NCBI GenBank assembly: GCA_964016885.1
Contig: OZ024741.1
Location: forward strand, 297,910,001 to 297,974,000
Direction: 5' to 3'
Length of the DNA: 64,000 nt
From: Eledone cirrhosa
Lineage: Eukaryota
Of the stretch, positions 39,098 through 52,300 are shown in pieces. Below the pieces are notes generated by a model, which was not told the DNA's origin, made no database searches, and worked only from the letters and a program-made list of their open reading frames with translations. Position numbers and translations under genes: made by a program. The number at the start of each line of letters is the position of its first letter. Position 1 is the first letter of the stretch.

Positions 39098-39699
39098 TTG
39101 TAAAAAGATATTTATTTTCTGAAGTTCACGCTCAGAGTTGCTGAAGCATGGAACAAACTACCTGCATCAGTTGTTAGCTCTCGAGACACTGCATCCTTTA
39201 AAACCTCCATGCTTCTCGAGATTCGCCAACACAAAAATATATTATCAAAGCGAGAGAAAAAGAAAAGGAAAGAAAATAAACATGCAAACAAAAACAACCA
39301 TCAAATCACCACCATGTGTGACAATCGTCGCACACCACAGGGGTTAACTTTCTTACTCCATCTCTATATTCTGACAACTACAATAGCTTCTAATTCTTTC
39401 ATCTAACAGATTGTGTACTACTTCAGCCTTAACCCACCTGATTCTACCATCTTTCCTCCATTCATTACTTATGTTGGGGTCATTTCATTCCACAAATATT
39501 AATCTTTCAGCGAATCCTTCTTCCTTAAAACTACATCCCACTGGAACTCTCTATCTGTTCACATTTCCCTTAAAAACATAAACATGGAAACATTTAAGTT
39601 AAACAACCACTGTGTTAAACAGAGAGCCTACAACATATGTAGGCTTAATTCTTCTTCTCCTAACTTAATAATTAAAAATGAATTCTGCACCAGCTATCA

Positions 39700-42600
39700 C
39701 TCTTCTTTCAATTCTATCTTAACAACGGTGCTACCCTGGAGCAGTGGAAAACTGGCAGTGTCATTCCTCTGTTCAAAAAGGATGACCACATATCACCTGT
39801 CAACTATCATCCAGTCAGTGTTACTAGCTGCATTGCCAAACTGATGGAATCCTGTCAGAAAAACACTTTGGAACTTTTGGAACTCTCACAGTCTTATCCG
39901 ACCCTCGCAGTTTGGATTCATCCCTAACTCCAGCTGCTGTGATCAACTTATCGAGTTTCTTGAAGACATCACCCGGATCACTGATGGCGGCTCATTGGTG
40001 GATGTTGTTTATCTTGACTTTGCTAAAGCTTTCAATTCTGTGCCACACAAAAGACTTATGGCAAAACTCTCTGCAATGGGTGTGAAGGATGATCTTTTTA
40101 ACTAGTTGAAGTCCTTCATTCTCAGTCAAAGAGAGGTAGTCACAGTTCTAGGACAGCATTCCTCACCATATAAGATGTCATCTGGTGTACCACAGGGATC
40201 TGTTCTTGGTCCCCTTTTGTTTGTGGCATATATTAATGACATAGATGCCAACTTAAAGAATGCCACAGTACTGAAATATACAGATGACATCAAGCTGTAC
40301 CTTGAGATAAAAAGGACATCCTGAACACTATAGATCAGGGGTCCATGAGCCGGATAGTCATACAGTGGCGGCTCCGCGGGCCGGATGTGCAATTAATGCT
40401 ACTTATATACAAATAAGTAATCATTTATTTATCCCTTATGTTAGATTTGAAAAAAAATTCAATATTGATACTTAGAGCTGTCCTAAGTACAAAAATACAT
40501 TTAAACATTGTTTTATTCGGCAATATCGATAGATCAGGTGCAAATTTATTGCAAACTGTACCCTTTTTAATACTGATGTACCACAAAATAATAAATTGAA
40601 TAACTCGAAACACCAATCCTCCGGAATAATGAAAGCCATTAACGAAAATAAAGTTTTAATGAGAAATCTGTTTCTGTTTATCATTTGACAATTTTTCAAT
40701 ATCAGGTGAAATCATTGTCGATGACAGAAGCAAGTAGTTGTCCCATAATCTTGTTCTCAATCGATTATTCGTGAACTTCATCTTCGAAAATAGTTGTTCA
40801 CAGGAATACGTACTTCCAAATAATGAAGCCATCATTTTTGCATTATACAGGAGGCTTGGATACTTTCCAGAAAATACTTCTTGTAGAATTCAGTGATACT
40901 CTCAGATTGAAAATTTGACTTGATTACACTGTAAGTCTATGAGATCTAAATGATATTTTTCCTCGACCATTTCTGTATCTGTTTCAAAGGGAAACCAAAT
41001 AGTTTTAATTGGGTTTCATGCTGTCGGAAGTCGGCAAATCGGGAAGAAAACTCATTTCTCAAATCTTGAATGGCCTTCACAAAAATATCTTGAAATGTCG
41101 TCTGTATGATTTTGGAGATTCTGAAAATTACAGAAATTACCTTTCTGTAACTGCAAGTCCCGCAATTGAAGTTTACATTCAAATGCTGTGATGTGGCCAA
41201 ACATATCATAAATTAACTTATTTTGTCCTTGAAGTTCAAGATTCAATGAATTCAAGTAATTTGTCACGTCGACCAAAAATGCTAGTTTAGCGATCCACTT
41301 TGGATCGATAAAGTGTCTTGCGTCTTGTCCTTTTATCTCCAAAAATTGGACAATTTCTTTCCGCAACACGTAAACTCTCTGAAGCATTTTGCCATGGCTG
41401 AGCCATCGGACGTTTGAGAAATAAGTTAAATCACCATATTCTGCTTCAACCTGTTTGAGGAACTCCTGAAACTGGCGATGTTTAAGCCCTCTTGAAAGGA
41501 TGAAATTAACTATTTTCTCAACTTCTGTCATAATATCTTTGAACTCCAATGACTTTGCAGAAAGTGCAATCCTGGTGGATAATGATTTGGAGTCTGATTA
41601 ATTGGGTACGGTATCCAATATGCTCTTGAAGTAGCATAACGAACCCCTTTTTGTCCCCGGTCATCGCTGGTGCTCCATCGGTGGTTACGCCAATGAGTTT
41701 TGATAAATCAATATTATTCTTGCTTGCCCATTGGATAATTTTCATGAAAATATTGACGCCTGTAGTCGTGTCTTTCATGGGAATTAATTGTGCGAATTCT
41801 TCAACGATATCAAACGTTGGTGTAACACCCCCTTACAAATACAGCTAACTGAGAGGTATCAGTCATATCGGTTGTTTTTGTCAATGGCAACTGTGAAGTA
41901 CTCAAGTGTGTTCAACATATCCCCTTGTAAATTTCTGACATTTTGTGCCAGTTCTTCAATTTGCCTTGTTACGGTTGTAGCTGATAAGCTGATTGAAGAA
42001 AAGAGATCGATTTTTTCTGGACAGACAGTATGAATAGCTTTCAACATGCACTCTTTAATAAATTCCCCATTGGAAAATGGTTTCATTCCCTCTGCTATTA
42101 TTTTTGAGACCTCAAAGCTAGCTTGAGCAGTCCTGTCTATTTCTTTAACCTTCTTAGTAAAACACGATGTTTGTTTTGTGAAACAGCTTTTCAGACATGC
42201 AACTTCCTCTTCTCGTGCCGCACCAATTAAATTGTTATAATGATTATGATGAGTTTCATAATGCCGCTTGATATTGGAAACTTTCTTCACGGCAACAGTT
42301 TCTTGACAAATCAAACAAATACATTTGCTTTGGTGCTCTATGAAAAAGTAGGCAAGTGTCCATTCTTGATTAAAATTTCAGCACTCAAAATCCACTTTCC
42401 TTTTCTTGTTTTTCATTTTTTGTTATAAGTCAAGAGAAGCAGGATCCTGGAAAAGAAGGCAAAATTTATGAATAAGAATGATTGTGATCGTCAAACACAA
42501 GTGAAAAGTGATTGTAGACAACGCGTTGACGTATGAATGCTAGAAAGCCTGCGCATGCGCTGTAGATGTTTTATTTTACCAAAAATGAAATACCGTACAC

Positions 42601-43735
42601 CTGCGCAGCTGTGTTGCGACATACGCAAACAATAGGGTCAAGGTCATTGGCGTTTGCACATGTGCGTCTGGTAAAAATAGACGGATAGGTAATAACGAAA
42701 TACTGCTGAATTCTGGAGTGTGATTTGAGATAAATGAAATCTTGAAATTTACGAATTCCCATAGAACCCTCGCGGGCAGGATAAAGGCCTTCGCGGGCCG
42801 GGGGTTGGAGACCCCTGCTATAGATCTTTCCTGCAATCTGACCTGGACACAATGCAACAATGGACTGGCAACTCAAGTTGGCTGTGGACAAGTGTACCAC
42901 CATGCATTTTGGAAGGAAAAACCCAGCGTCCACATACTCCCTCTACAACACTAAAATCAAGAAGTCTTCTTGTGAACGTGACCTGGGCATTACTGTCAGC
43001 AGCAATTTGCGTTGGACGAAGCACATCTCTAAAATTGTCAAGAAGGCTGAGGGTGTCTTAGCATCACCCAGCAAGACCTTTGTCAGCCGCTCTCCAGCTA
43101 TCTATTTAAAGCTGTATATAGCTATGGTGCGGCCACACTTAGAATTTGCATCACCAGTCTAGAACCCCTATCTTGCTCAGAAAATTTACCTCCTGGAAAC
43201 TGTTCACAGATGTGCAACCAAGCGAATACCCTCCATCAGGCATCTACCACACTCTGAACGCCTTGCTTCCCTGGGCATGGATACATTGAAGCTCCAACAT
43301 CTGGTAACTGACTTGGTAAACCCACAAAATTATTAACCATCTTGCCAACAACAACCCTGAGCACCTTTTTGATTTCTATGTGTTTAACATATGTGGGCAT
43401 GCCTACAAAGTCAGAAAACAGCACAACTCCCATGACTATTGGAAACATTTTTTCATGCTCAGAGTTGCTGAAGCATGGAACAAACTACTTACATCAGTTG
43501 TTAGCTGTCGAGACACTGCATCCTTTAAAACCTCCATGCTTCCTGAAATTCGCCAACACTACACCTGATATCCCCCTTCCATACACATACACACATGTAT
43601 TTCATGACTCATACACTGTTCATTTTCCTGACATTTGAACATTATTCTATGTACTATAGATGCGCCTTTGATGAGATGTAGTGTACCTGAGCACTGTACA
43701 TAATTTCATTATTATTATTTATTATTATTATTATA
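39700..43735 (+). mobile_element. CR1-type LINE (RT + 3' tail) split by a hAT insertion
   Basis: VYLDFAKAFNSVPH, SGVPQGSVLGPLLF..YIND and KYTDDIKL lie before 40335. DWQLKLAVDKC..ERDLG..VRPHLEFASPV and LRVAEAWNKL lie after 42825. (ATT)n tail. Confidence 0.9.
40336..42817 (-). mobile_element. hAT (Charlie/SPIN-like, GTF2IRD2-related) DNA transposon with frameshifted transposase
   Basis: CAGGGGTC..GACCCCTG termini; 8-bp TSD CTATAGAT (40328-40335, 42818-42825). ORF pieces CLICQE..NIKRHYETHH, TTDGAPAMTG, VRWLS.GKML. Confidence 0.95.
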
Positions 43736-43771
43736 TATAAATCTTTAAATATTAAATACAATATAGTACAA

Positions 43772-43967
43772 ATAGAAGCTTTCACCGTATTTTTCATTAA
43801 AGAAATTTATTAGCCTGATAGTGGGGTTTAAACCCCTCTAAAAAATGGAAAAGGATGAGTATTGACGTACATGTCAATACTCACCCTTTTCTGGTTTTCA
43901 GAGGGTTTTAAGTCTCACTATCAGGCTAAAAAATTTCTTTAGTTAAAAATATGGCGAAAGCTTCTAT
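43772..43967. mobile_element. Palindromic MITE-like element
   Basis: The whole 196 bp is an imperfect inverted repeat centred on ATTGACGTACATGTCAAT. Confidence 0.8.
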
Positions 43968-44066
43968 AACTACTAAATTTCAAACTTCGCTCACTGTTTC
44001 AAAACAAACTTTCTTAAATATAATATAATTAACTGTTATTTAACTAAACTATTTCATTTTCTCCAG

Positions 44067-44098
44067 CCTAAAACTCACCGCCCTAAGATTGTTCTTTG
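44067..44098 (+). CDS. CFAP119: CFAP119/CCDC189-like exon (PKTHRPKIVLW)
   Basis: TTTTCTCCAG| ... TG|GTAAGT. The split TG/G codon gives the conserved W before 'NDL'. Confidence 0.8.
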
Positions 44099-44324
44099 GT
44101 AAGTTTATTGTTATTTAATTTGTTAAGTATGAACTATTGCAGTACCACTACATAACCACTACAACACCCCATACACATCTGAATACGCTCAGGTCTTGAA
44201 TAATGCACACACACACACACACCGCGGTGTATTAATTTTTCAGATTTTTTCCAAACCCCCTCTCCGTGACAATATTCTTTATACATTAAAAAATATTGTG
44301 CATGACAAAAGTACATTACTATAA

Positions 44325-45300
44325 ATTTCTCCTTCTTCTTCCTCTTCTCCTTTTCCTTCTCCTTCTTCTTCACCCACTTATTCTTGGGAGGGTCATGAGT
44401 GCAGAGTCCTCAAGCACTCCTTCCAGCAGGGCCTGTCAGAAGCAACTATCTCCAACTGATCCAGCTAGATCCCCAAGCAAAACCAGCCAAGCTCATGGAT
44501 GTTATCCAACCATCTTGCTCGACCCCTGGGTCTCCTGCCAGTTGGTTTTGCCTGTAAAATCTGTCCAGTGTTTCTTTCCTGAGACCTTCTAACCACATCG
44601 GAGCTGTGATCCCTCAATTTGGAGAAGTAGCGGCTCTACCTGGAGTGACACTCCGATCTCCGAGCTACGCACTCTATCAAGTAACGTTACTTTAAAGACC
44701 CTTTGGAGGAACCCTATTTCGGCCATTTGTATTCACAATCGTATTCTTTCAGTCGTTACCCAAGATTCATGACCATAGATGGCACGAATACCAAATTGAA
44801 GATAGCAAGTTTGCCTACCTCCCGTCTTCTGATTATTGAATGCTAAAGCTGGTCCATTACTGCACCAGCTCCTGCAATTCTTGCACTTGCCTTCTGTCAT
44901 TCGTGAACATGGCCCTGAAATACTTGAACTTCTTTACCTGCTACAGTGGAACTCCATTTACATGTAGAGTGCACTGCACAGGCTTCCTTAGGAGGACAAG
45001 TATCTCAGTTTTTGCAGTACTGGTTTTCATTCCAGCCATGCAGCACTTGGCATCAAACCTATCGAGTGCAAATTGGAGATCATCTTCTCTCGAGTTAAGT
45101 AACACCATGTCATTTACAAATTCCAGCCAACTGATTTTACACCCACCAGTCATGATTCCACTTCCAACCCAGCTGTGCATGTCAATCCTGTCCATGTAAA
45201 TAATAAACAGAAGAGTATGCACCCTTGGTGGAATCCAACTCCCACATTAAATGGTTTTGATTTAGCACCATTTATATGAACACAAATACTCAGGCATTAA
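44325..45300 (-). mobile_element. Decayed RTE-group LINE of a third family (RT to 3' end)
   Basis: LLFIIYMDRI..FVNDMVLL..LQFALDRF...C..AGMK.S..KTE; (CTT)n tail at ~44325-44370. Confidence 0.75.
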
Positions 45301-46150
45301 TCATGTAATATCAAACAGTTGACGATTTGTATATGTCACAACATAGAAGATCCACCCTGTAAGGTGATCATGCTGATTCCATGACAGAAAACACCCTGAA
45401 AGGTGGTGGTGGTGATGCCTCAAAAAAGTTCCTAGTCCATGCTATAAGGTAGTTAGCATTCGGAAAGACATCCAGCAACAGAAAAACAAGCCAAAAATAG
45501 ATGTGGTGACCTGACCTGCCTATGTCTATCTTTTGGGAAATATACATTGAAAGATGGGAGGACATTACAAGTTTTAAATGACTAGAATTGTTTTCCATAT
45601 GCTGATGTGTATGTGTATATGTATGTGGATATGCATACATTTATATGTATGAGTATATAAATATGAACGTGCAAACACAGACACACTTACAAAAATACAC
45701 ACTCACAACCATACATTCACACAAACACACACATACATTCACACAAACACACACACATACATTCACGCAGGCAACAAAAGTAGTCAAACTACTCTTCTCT
45801 CTTTACGTGTTGTGACAGAATTGCAGAAATTTATATATAGACTGAGAGTTGTGCTGAAAAAAAGCAAACTCAATTTAAAATCAGTACCACTGGCAAATAA
45901 TAACATCAAATAGTCATTTCACCCAGGATCATCACTCTTCTGTGGGCCTCTATAGCCACAATTGATGAACAAAACCTTTTGAGGTGCAGATCCATGGTAT
46001 CATATGAGAAATAAATGCCAAAACAAAAACAATGTTTTTAGAAAGAGAATTTATTTTTATAGAAATAATTCCACATATGAATGGAATGGTTTGGGACTTG
46101 TTTAATATATTCTATAATTTCTTTTGTTGTTTATATTGAAATCACTTCAG

Positions 46151-46216
46151 GAATGACTTGAACCCAGAAGTATCAGGATCACTTATAAATGCCCCGACAT
46201 TGAAAGAGGTGAGAGA
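46151..46216 (+). CDS. CFAP119: CFAP119/CCDC189-like exon (NDLNPEVSGSLINAPTLKEVRD)
   Basis: CTTCAG| ... GA|GTAAGT; 66 nt, phase 2-2, open in frame with its neighbours. Confidence 0.8.
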
Positions 46217-46953
46217 GTAAGTATCGATTGTTGAAAATTGGATTTCTTCACACAAACATTTGTTTGGTAAACAAACCAGTCATATTGTATGGTCACATTC
46301 TACCCAGAGTTTTATAGTTGTTAGTCTAAAATAAGGTTATGTTATTATCTATAAATCACATAAGTTCTATATCAGACAGAATACTTTCACTTCCATAATT
46401 AATCTAACTTCATTCTCTGCCCCTTCTCATCTTTCTGTAACAAATTTAGTTTTCACAATTCAATGGAAAAGCTTCTACATGTAAGCCAATGAGAGAGCCT
46501 CTACATGATCTGACCTGCTAGACAGAACAACTTTTCTTCTTCAAATTACACCACAAAGTCTTTTAAAATGCTAGACATATTGGATAGTGTAATCCTTTAT
46601 ATGTTATGTCTAAATAAAACAGGATGCTCACTTTTGGAATATCATTGATCATATATCTGTTTATGGAGGGACGTGACCTAGTGGTAAAGATGCTGGACAT
46701 ACGATCATAATACTGTGGATTCAAAAACCTGGGCTGAGTGTATATTGTGTTCTTGAGCAAAATTCTTCATTTCACGTTGATCTAGTTTACTCAGCTGAAA
46801 ATGTCCAGGGGAAGTCTTGTACTCTCAGTTGTTCATGCTACAAGATAAGTACCAGCCTAAACTAAAGATACATTTTTAAAATAGTAAAAATGTTTTGAAA
46901 GATCATCTGGAATAATTTTTTTTTTTCAATTCTGCTTACAATCTATCTTTCAG

Positions 46954-47123
46954 CATACTTGCTGAGATCTTCACACTCCATAATTATTTAACAGTATACA
47001 GAGAACAGATCTTACTCAACCTTTACACATATGCTGTACAGTTTGCAAGGGAAGAAAAATTCACATCTGAACAGTTGTCTGCCTACTTTTCCATTCTAAA
47101 AAATATTCATGAAGCATGTATTG
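46954..47123 (+). CDS. CFAP119: CFAP119/CCDC189-like exon (ILAEIF..LLNLYTYAVQFAREEKFTSEQLSAYFSILKNIHEACI)
   Basis: TCTTTCAG| ... G|GTAAGT; 170 nt. Resembles the recalled vertebrate CCDC189 motif LAEL..LDL..AL.F.R..GFS.EQ.SA..S.L..LH.ACI. Confidence 0.88.
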
Positions 47124-47635
47124 GTAAGTTTACTAAGCTAGGATCATCAGAAACATCATGATTGTCATCATCGTTTTCATCATCATTGGTAGTGGTGGCA
47201 GTGACAACACTGTCATCGTCATTGTTGTTCTCATCGTTAGTAGCCATGGTATCGTCATTTAATAGGTAGTACTCTGTCAAAGGCCTTTTCCAGATCAACA
47301 AAAGCTAGATATAGTGGCTTACACTTAAATAGGAACTTCTCTAGTAGTTGTCTCACTAAGAAGTGAGGCTTTGTGCTGCTCCTTCATGTCACAAATGGAT
47401 TGCCATATGAGCTGAGGGTGGAGGAGGGCCCAGCTACAACTCACACCCATACAACCAGCCCCAGCTTTGGATAGACCAAGAAAACATTGGACAAAAAATA
47501 AAGATTTACAAATCAACATTAATGACATAGTAATTGAAGGCTAATAGCAATGTTTATGTATGTATGTATGTATATATATATATATATGTGTGTGTGTGTA
47601 TATATATATGTGTGTGTGTGTATATATATGTATAG

Positions 47636-48178
47636 AGGCGGTTGTGTTGGTATGGACATGTGATGCGTATGAAGGATGACAACTGCGTAAAAAGGTGCAG
47701 AGCACTAGAAGTCGATGGAAGCCGCGGAGTGGGGAGACCTAAGAAAACCTGGGATGAGGTGATAAAAGCCGACCTTACCCAATTACACCTCTCAAAGGTG
47801 ATGACACACGACCGTGACCTCTGGCGTCACACAGTAATACAGAATACCCGACGCCCCACGGGTACAAGCCGAAGCTGAAGCATATAGACAATATGCCCCA
47901 CACTCTCCCACTACAAAGTGGTCGTGGAGGTGCCACGGCAAAAAAGCACCCAGCCCACACTGTAAAGTGGACGTGTACGCGCCACGGAAAAAAAGCACCC
48001 AGCACTCACTGTAAATGAGGTTGGTGTTAGGAAGGGTATCCAGCTGTAGAAATCAAGCCAGAATCAGTTCCTGTATGAGCAAGGCATGGTCAGCCGACCG
48101 GACACTGCCCACAACAGGACAACCTGTCTAACCCATGCTAGCGTGGAAGAACGGACGTAAAACGGTGATGATGATGAT
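47636..48178 (+). mobile_element. RTE family A 3' fragment with full 3'UTR
   Basis: WYGHVMRM..GRPKKTW..DRDLWR followed by the UTR shared with the SINE; (GAT)n tail. Confidence 0.9.
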
Positions 48179-48236
48179 ATATATATATACATATATATGT
48201 GTGTGTGTATATGTATATATATGTGTGTATATATAC

Positions 48237-48269
<33 letters not shown>

Positions 48270-48270
<1 letters not shown>

Positions 48271-48769
48271 ATTTGATTTGTTTGCAATTATGAAAACAAC
48301 CCTCATTTTTAAAGCCATGTCAGTAGAATGAGCCCCTCATTCTTGCTCTTCTGTCGGCATGTAAACAGAACTGCAGACACTAATGTTTTGGGCTATTACC
48401 CTTCATCAGTACAGCTCACTGTTCACCTGCCAACTGTCAGAGCTAGTGAAAATATATATTTTCTAAAATATATAGTGACTGATCGGCCTGATTTGCATAT
48501 TAGCAGACTGGCTGATCAGTCAGATCTGCATATTAGCAGATCCACTGATCAGCCAGATGTGCATATCAGCAGACTGGCCAGTCAGTTTCCTGTATACGAG
48601 CAATCAATGGCAGGTGAACAGTGAACTCTACTGATGAAGGTAATACCCAGAAACATTAGTGTCAGCAGTTCTGTTCACATGCCAACACAAGAGCAAGAAT
48701 GAGGAGCTCATTCTACTGACATGGCTTTAAAAATGAGGCTTGTTAGCATAATTGCAAACGAATCGAATA
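48270..48769. mobile_element. MITE with ~160-bp TIRs and three internal ~33-bp repeats
   Basis: TTTGCAATTATG..TTTAAAGCCATGTCAGTAGAATGAG..CACTGTTCACCTGCCA is mirrored at 48608-48769. Internal CTGATC.G.C.GAT.TGCATAT.AGCAGA x3. Confidence 0.85.
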
Positions 48770-48894
48770 TTATTATTAATATTCAAAAAACTCAGATTAC
48801 ATTTATATATATATATATTCATATATATATGTTCATGTGTGTATATATATATATAAATATTAAAGTAATAACCAAATAAGGTTTTACATTATAT

Positions 48895-48943
48895 ATTGAT
48901 TTACGATCATTTCGTCCCTTATTGGGGACTTATCAAAATCAAT
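48895..48943 (-). ncRNA. Decayed minimal type I hammerhead ribozyme
   Basis: Reverse strand ATTGATT-TTGATAA-GTCCC-CAATAA-GGGAC-GAAA-TGATCG-TA-AATCAAT. It has a 7-bp stem I, a 5-bp stem II and a palindromic GATC loop; the core differs from CTGATGA by two transitions. Confidence 0.7.
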
Positions 48944-49315
48944 CATTTATAAACAAATACTTGAACATAATGTCTCACCATACAGACCAACAATTCATGG
49001 ATATTTAATAATTGTTTACATTTAATAAGATGCCATAATGTTACAAACAGAGAAAATGGTTATCAAGAGAGGCTTAAAAAATATGTGCTATCAAACTACA
49101 GAGGTATTGCGTCAAACCACTCCAGCACATTACTAGAAAAAATTATCAAATAAATAACTGAGTAATAGATAAAAAATAGAAAAAATAAAAAGGAAAAAGT
49201 AAAGACATATATATATATACACACACATACATATATACATATACTTATATACATATATGTATACACACATACATATACATAGAAAAATATGAAATATGAA
49301 ACATAGCCTTTTGTA

Positions 49316-52300
49316 CTCATCATCATCATCATCATCAACGTTTAACGTCCATGTTCCACGCTTGCATGGGTTTGGACGGGGGTAGTCCCACTTGAGGCAA
49401 GAGTGATTGTCTTGCTCGCATAGGACTGTCTGGCAGGTTTTCTACAGTTGGATGCCCTTCCTAACACCAACCACATTTACAGTGTAGGTCTGGGAGGTTT
49501 TTACCGTGTTGCCTACACGGCCACATTACAGCGTGGACTGTGTGTTTTTTTGTCGTGACACCTACACGATCTCATTTGTTTCGGCCTGGATGGCGCGGCA
49601 CCAACATAACTTTGCATAGAACGGGGTGGTGGTGGTGGGACGGGGTGTATTTTGTTAGAGATGCCTACTGGCTGTAGTAGGTTTTACTATGTATTTAGGT
49701 AAGGCGGGTCTTCTCTGTTACTGAGTACTGCCAAAGGTCTCGGTCCAGTGACATTGTCTTGGAGAGGTGTAAGTGTGTGAGGTCGGAGTTTATCAGCTCG
49801 TCCCAGGTTTTTCTAGGTCTGCCTATTCCGTGGCTACCGTCTATCTTTATTGCCCTGCACTTTGTTATACAGCTATCAACTTTCATGCGCATCACGTGTC
49901 CATACCAACGTAGCCTTCTCTCGAGTAAACAACATCTGATCCCTCTTATTTCTAATTTTTTCCTTAGTTCGTTTATGCTTTGCCGTTCACGTATATTACT
50001 GTTACACATCCAGCGGAGCATGCAAGCTTCGTTCCTCTCTAGTCTGCGTATATCCTCTGCACACAATGCCCAGGTCTCACTGCCATGCAACATTGCTGTT
50101 CGTATGCAGGCATCGTACAACCTGCCTTTCATTTTTAGGGAGAACCCTTTAGCAGCTAATAGTGGTATAAGCTCTCTGAACTTTTTCCAACCAGTTCTGA
50201 CTCTAGCTACTGTACTTTCAGAGCACCCTCCCCCACTGCTGATTTTATCGCCCAGGTAACGGAAGGTGTCCACTATTTCTATAGAACCCTCTGCGCAATT
50301 GAAAGAGCTAGTATTTTGTGGGCACTTGCTGCTACTTATTGCACCAGAGCACCAGCCACATGTAAAATCTATGTTCTTAGTTAGCTTACCTGTGATCCCA
50401 CTACATCTTTTATGCACCCATACTTTGCATTTAGGACATAAAATGGAGTTTCTACCTACGCCTTTCCTACACACTGAGCATGACCATTTCCCAGAAGGGA
50501 CCGCCGCCTTATTTTCTTTCCTACAAACTAGAACTTTAGTCTTAGCCAGGTTAATTTTAAGTCCTTTTGATTCTAGGCCGTGCTTCCATGTTTGGAATTT
50601 CTTCTCTAGCTCGGCCATTGATTCAGCTATGAGTGTCAGGTCGTCTGCGTATAGGAGTTCCCATGGGCAGCCGGTCTTGAACTCCTCTGTTATAGCCTGA
50701 AGGGCAATAATAAATAGTAGGGGGCTGAGAACAGAGCCCTGATGGACGCCAACTTTTACGCTAAACTCTTCACTATATTCGTTGTTTATTCTAACCTTGC
50801 TGACTGTTTCTTTATACATGGCTTGTATAGCTCTCACAAGCCATTCGTCAACGCCTAGTTTTCTAAGAGCCCACCAGATAATGGAGCGGGGGACTCTGTC
50901 AAAGGCTTTCTCCAAGTCGACAAAAGCTAAGTAGAGGGGTTTACCTTTAGCTAGGTACTTCTCCTGTAGTTGTCGTACAATGAAAAGAGCGTCTGTGGTA
51001 CTTTTGCCTGACACAAACCCGAACTGCATTTCATCTAGGTCAATTCTCTCTCTGATTAGTTGCGCTATTACTTTTTCCGTGACCTTCATGACTTGGTCGA
51101 TTAATTTAATGCCTCTATAGTTACTCCTATCTAGGGCGTCTCCTTTACCCTTATAACAGTTAACGATGATGCTGCTATGCCAGTCCTTTGGAACAACCCC
51201 ATTCTGTACGACTAGGTTAACTATGCGGGTGACCATGGTGTGTCCCACCGTGTCAGATGCCTTCAGCATCTCAGCAACTATTTCCGAAGGCCCAGCCGCC
51301 TTACCCGTCTTCATATCCTTGATTGCCTTACTTATTATACTCCCCTCGACTAACACTGCTGGTCCCTCTATTGGGTCGATATGGGGGAGACTGTCTTTCT
51401 CCCATTTATTCTCCTCATTTAGTAGCCTTTCATAGTGACACTTCCAAGCTACCTTCTTATCAGCGTCGGTGATGGCAAGTATGCCATCATCGTTAAGTAC
51501 ACACTTCTCCCCGACAATATCACGGTTTTCCTTGACGCATTGCCTAGCAATCCTGAACACCTCACGTTTTTGGTCCTCGCGTTGTAGAACATGCTTGAAC
51601 TTTCTTTCCTCTGCTTCCCTTCTTGCTAAGTACACTTGTCTCCTATCCTCCCTCCTGGCCACTTGATAGTCTTCTCTACTTCCCCCATCCCGCCATACTT
51701 TCCAAGCCTGCTTTTTGGCCTTAATTGACCCCTCCACCTTACTGTTCCACCACCATGTTACTCTCCTCCTGCCTACAGGCCTGCTCCAGCCACATACTTC
51801 GTCTGTCGCCATCAGCAGGTTTGCTTTCAGAAATTCCCACTGTCCCTCTATATTGTCCGACTCTAAATGCTCTTCCTTACTGTCGAAAGCATCAAGTAAT
51901 ATGCTTTGAAATTTATTTCTGGCTGTGGGGTCCTTTAGCTTCCATATTTTTCTCCTGAGGATAGTCCTCTTCTGCTGTCGAGTACGTCTCATCCTGACTA
52001 TGAGGTCGCTAATTATCAGTCTATGTTGGGAGGTGCATTCTTCATGGGGGAGGGATTTAGTGTTTACAACAGACACTCTGTCACGCCTTCTGGTAAGGAT
52101 ATAATCTACCTGGCTTGTGTGTTCCCCGGATCTATAGGTGATCAGGTGATTGTCACGTTTTTTGAAGTTAGTGTTACAGATAGTTAGGTTATTTGCGTCA
52201 CAGAATTCCAGGATTCTGGAGCCTTCCTCATTTCTAGTACCAAACCCATAGCCTCCATGGATTTCGTCGTAGCCGTCACAATGTTGTCCAACATGACCAT

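Noticed and set aside
40680-42420. Domesticated GTF2IRD2/ZBED host genes (also 55940-57745)
   Set aside because: Multiple frameshifts together with intact TIRs and TSDs indicate dead transposons.
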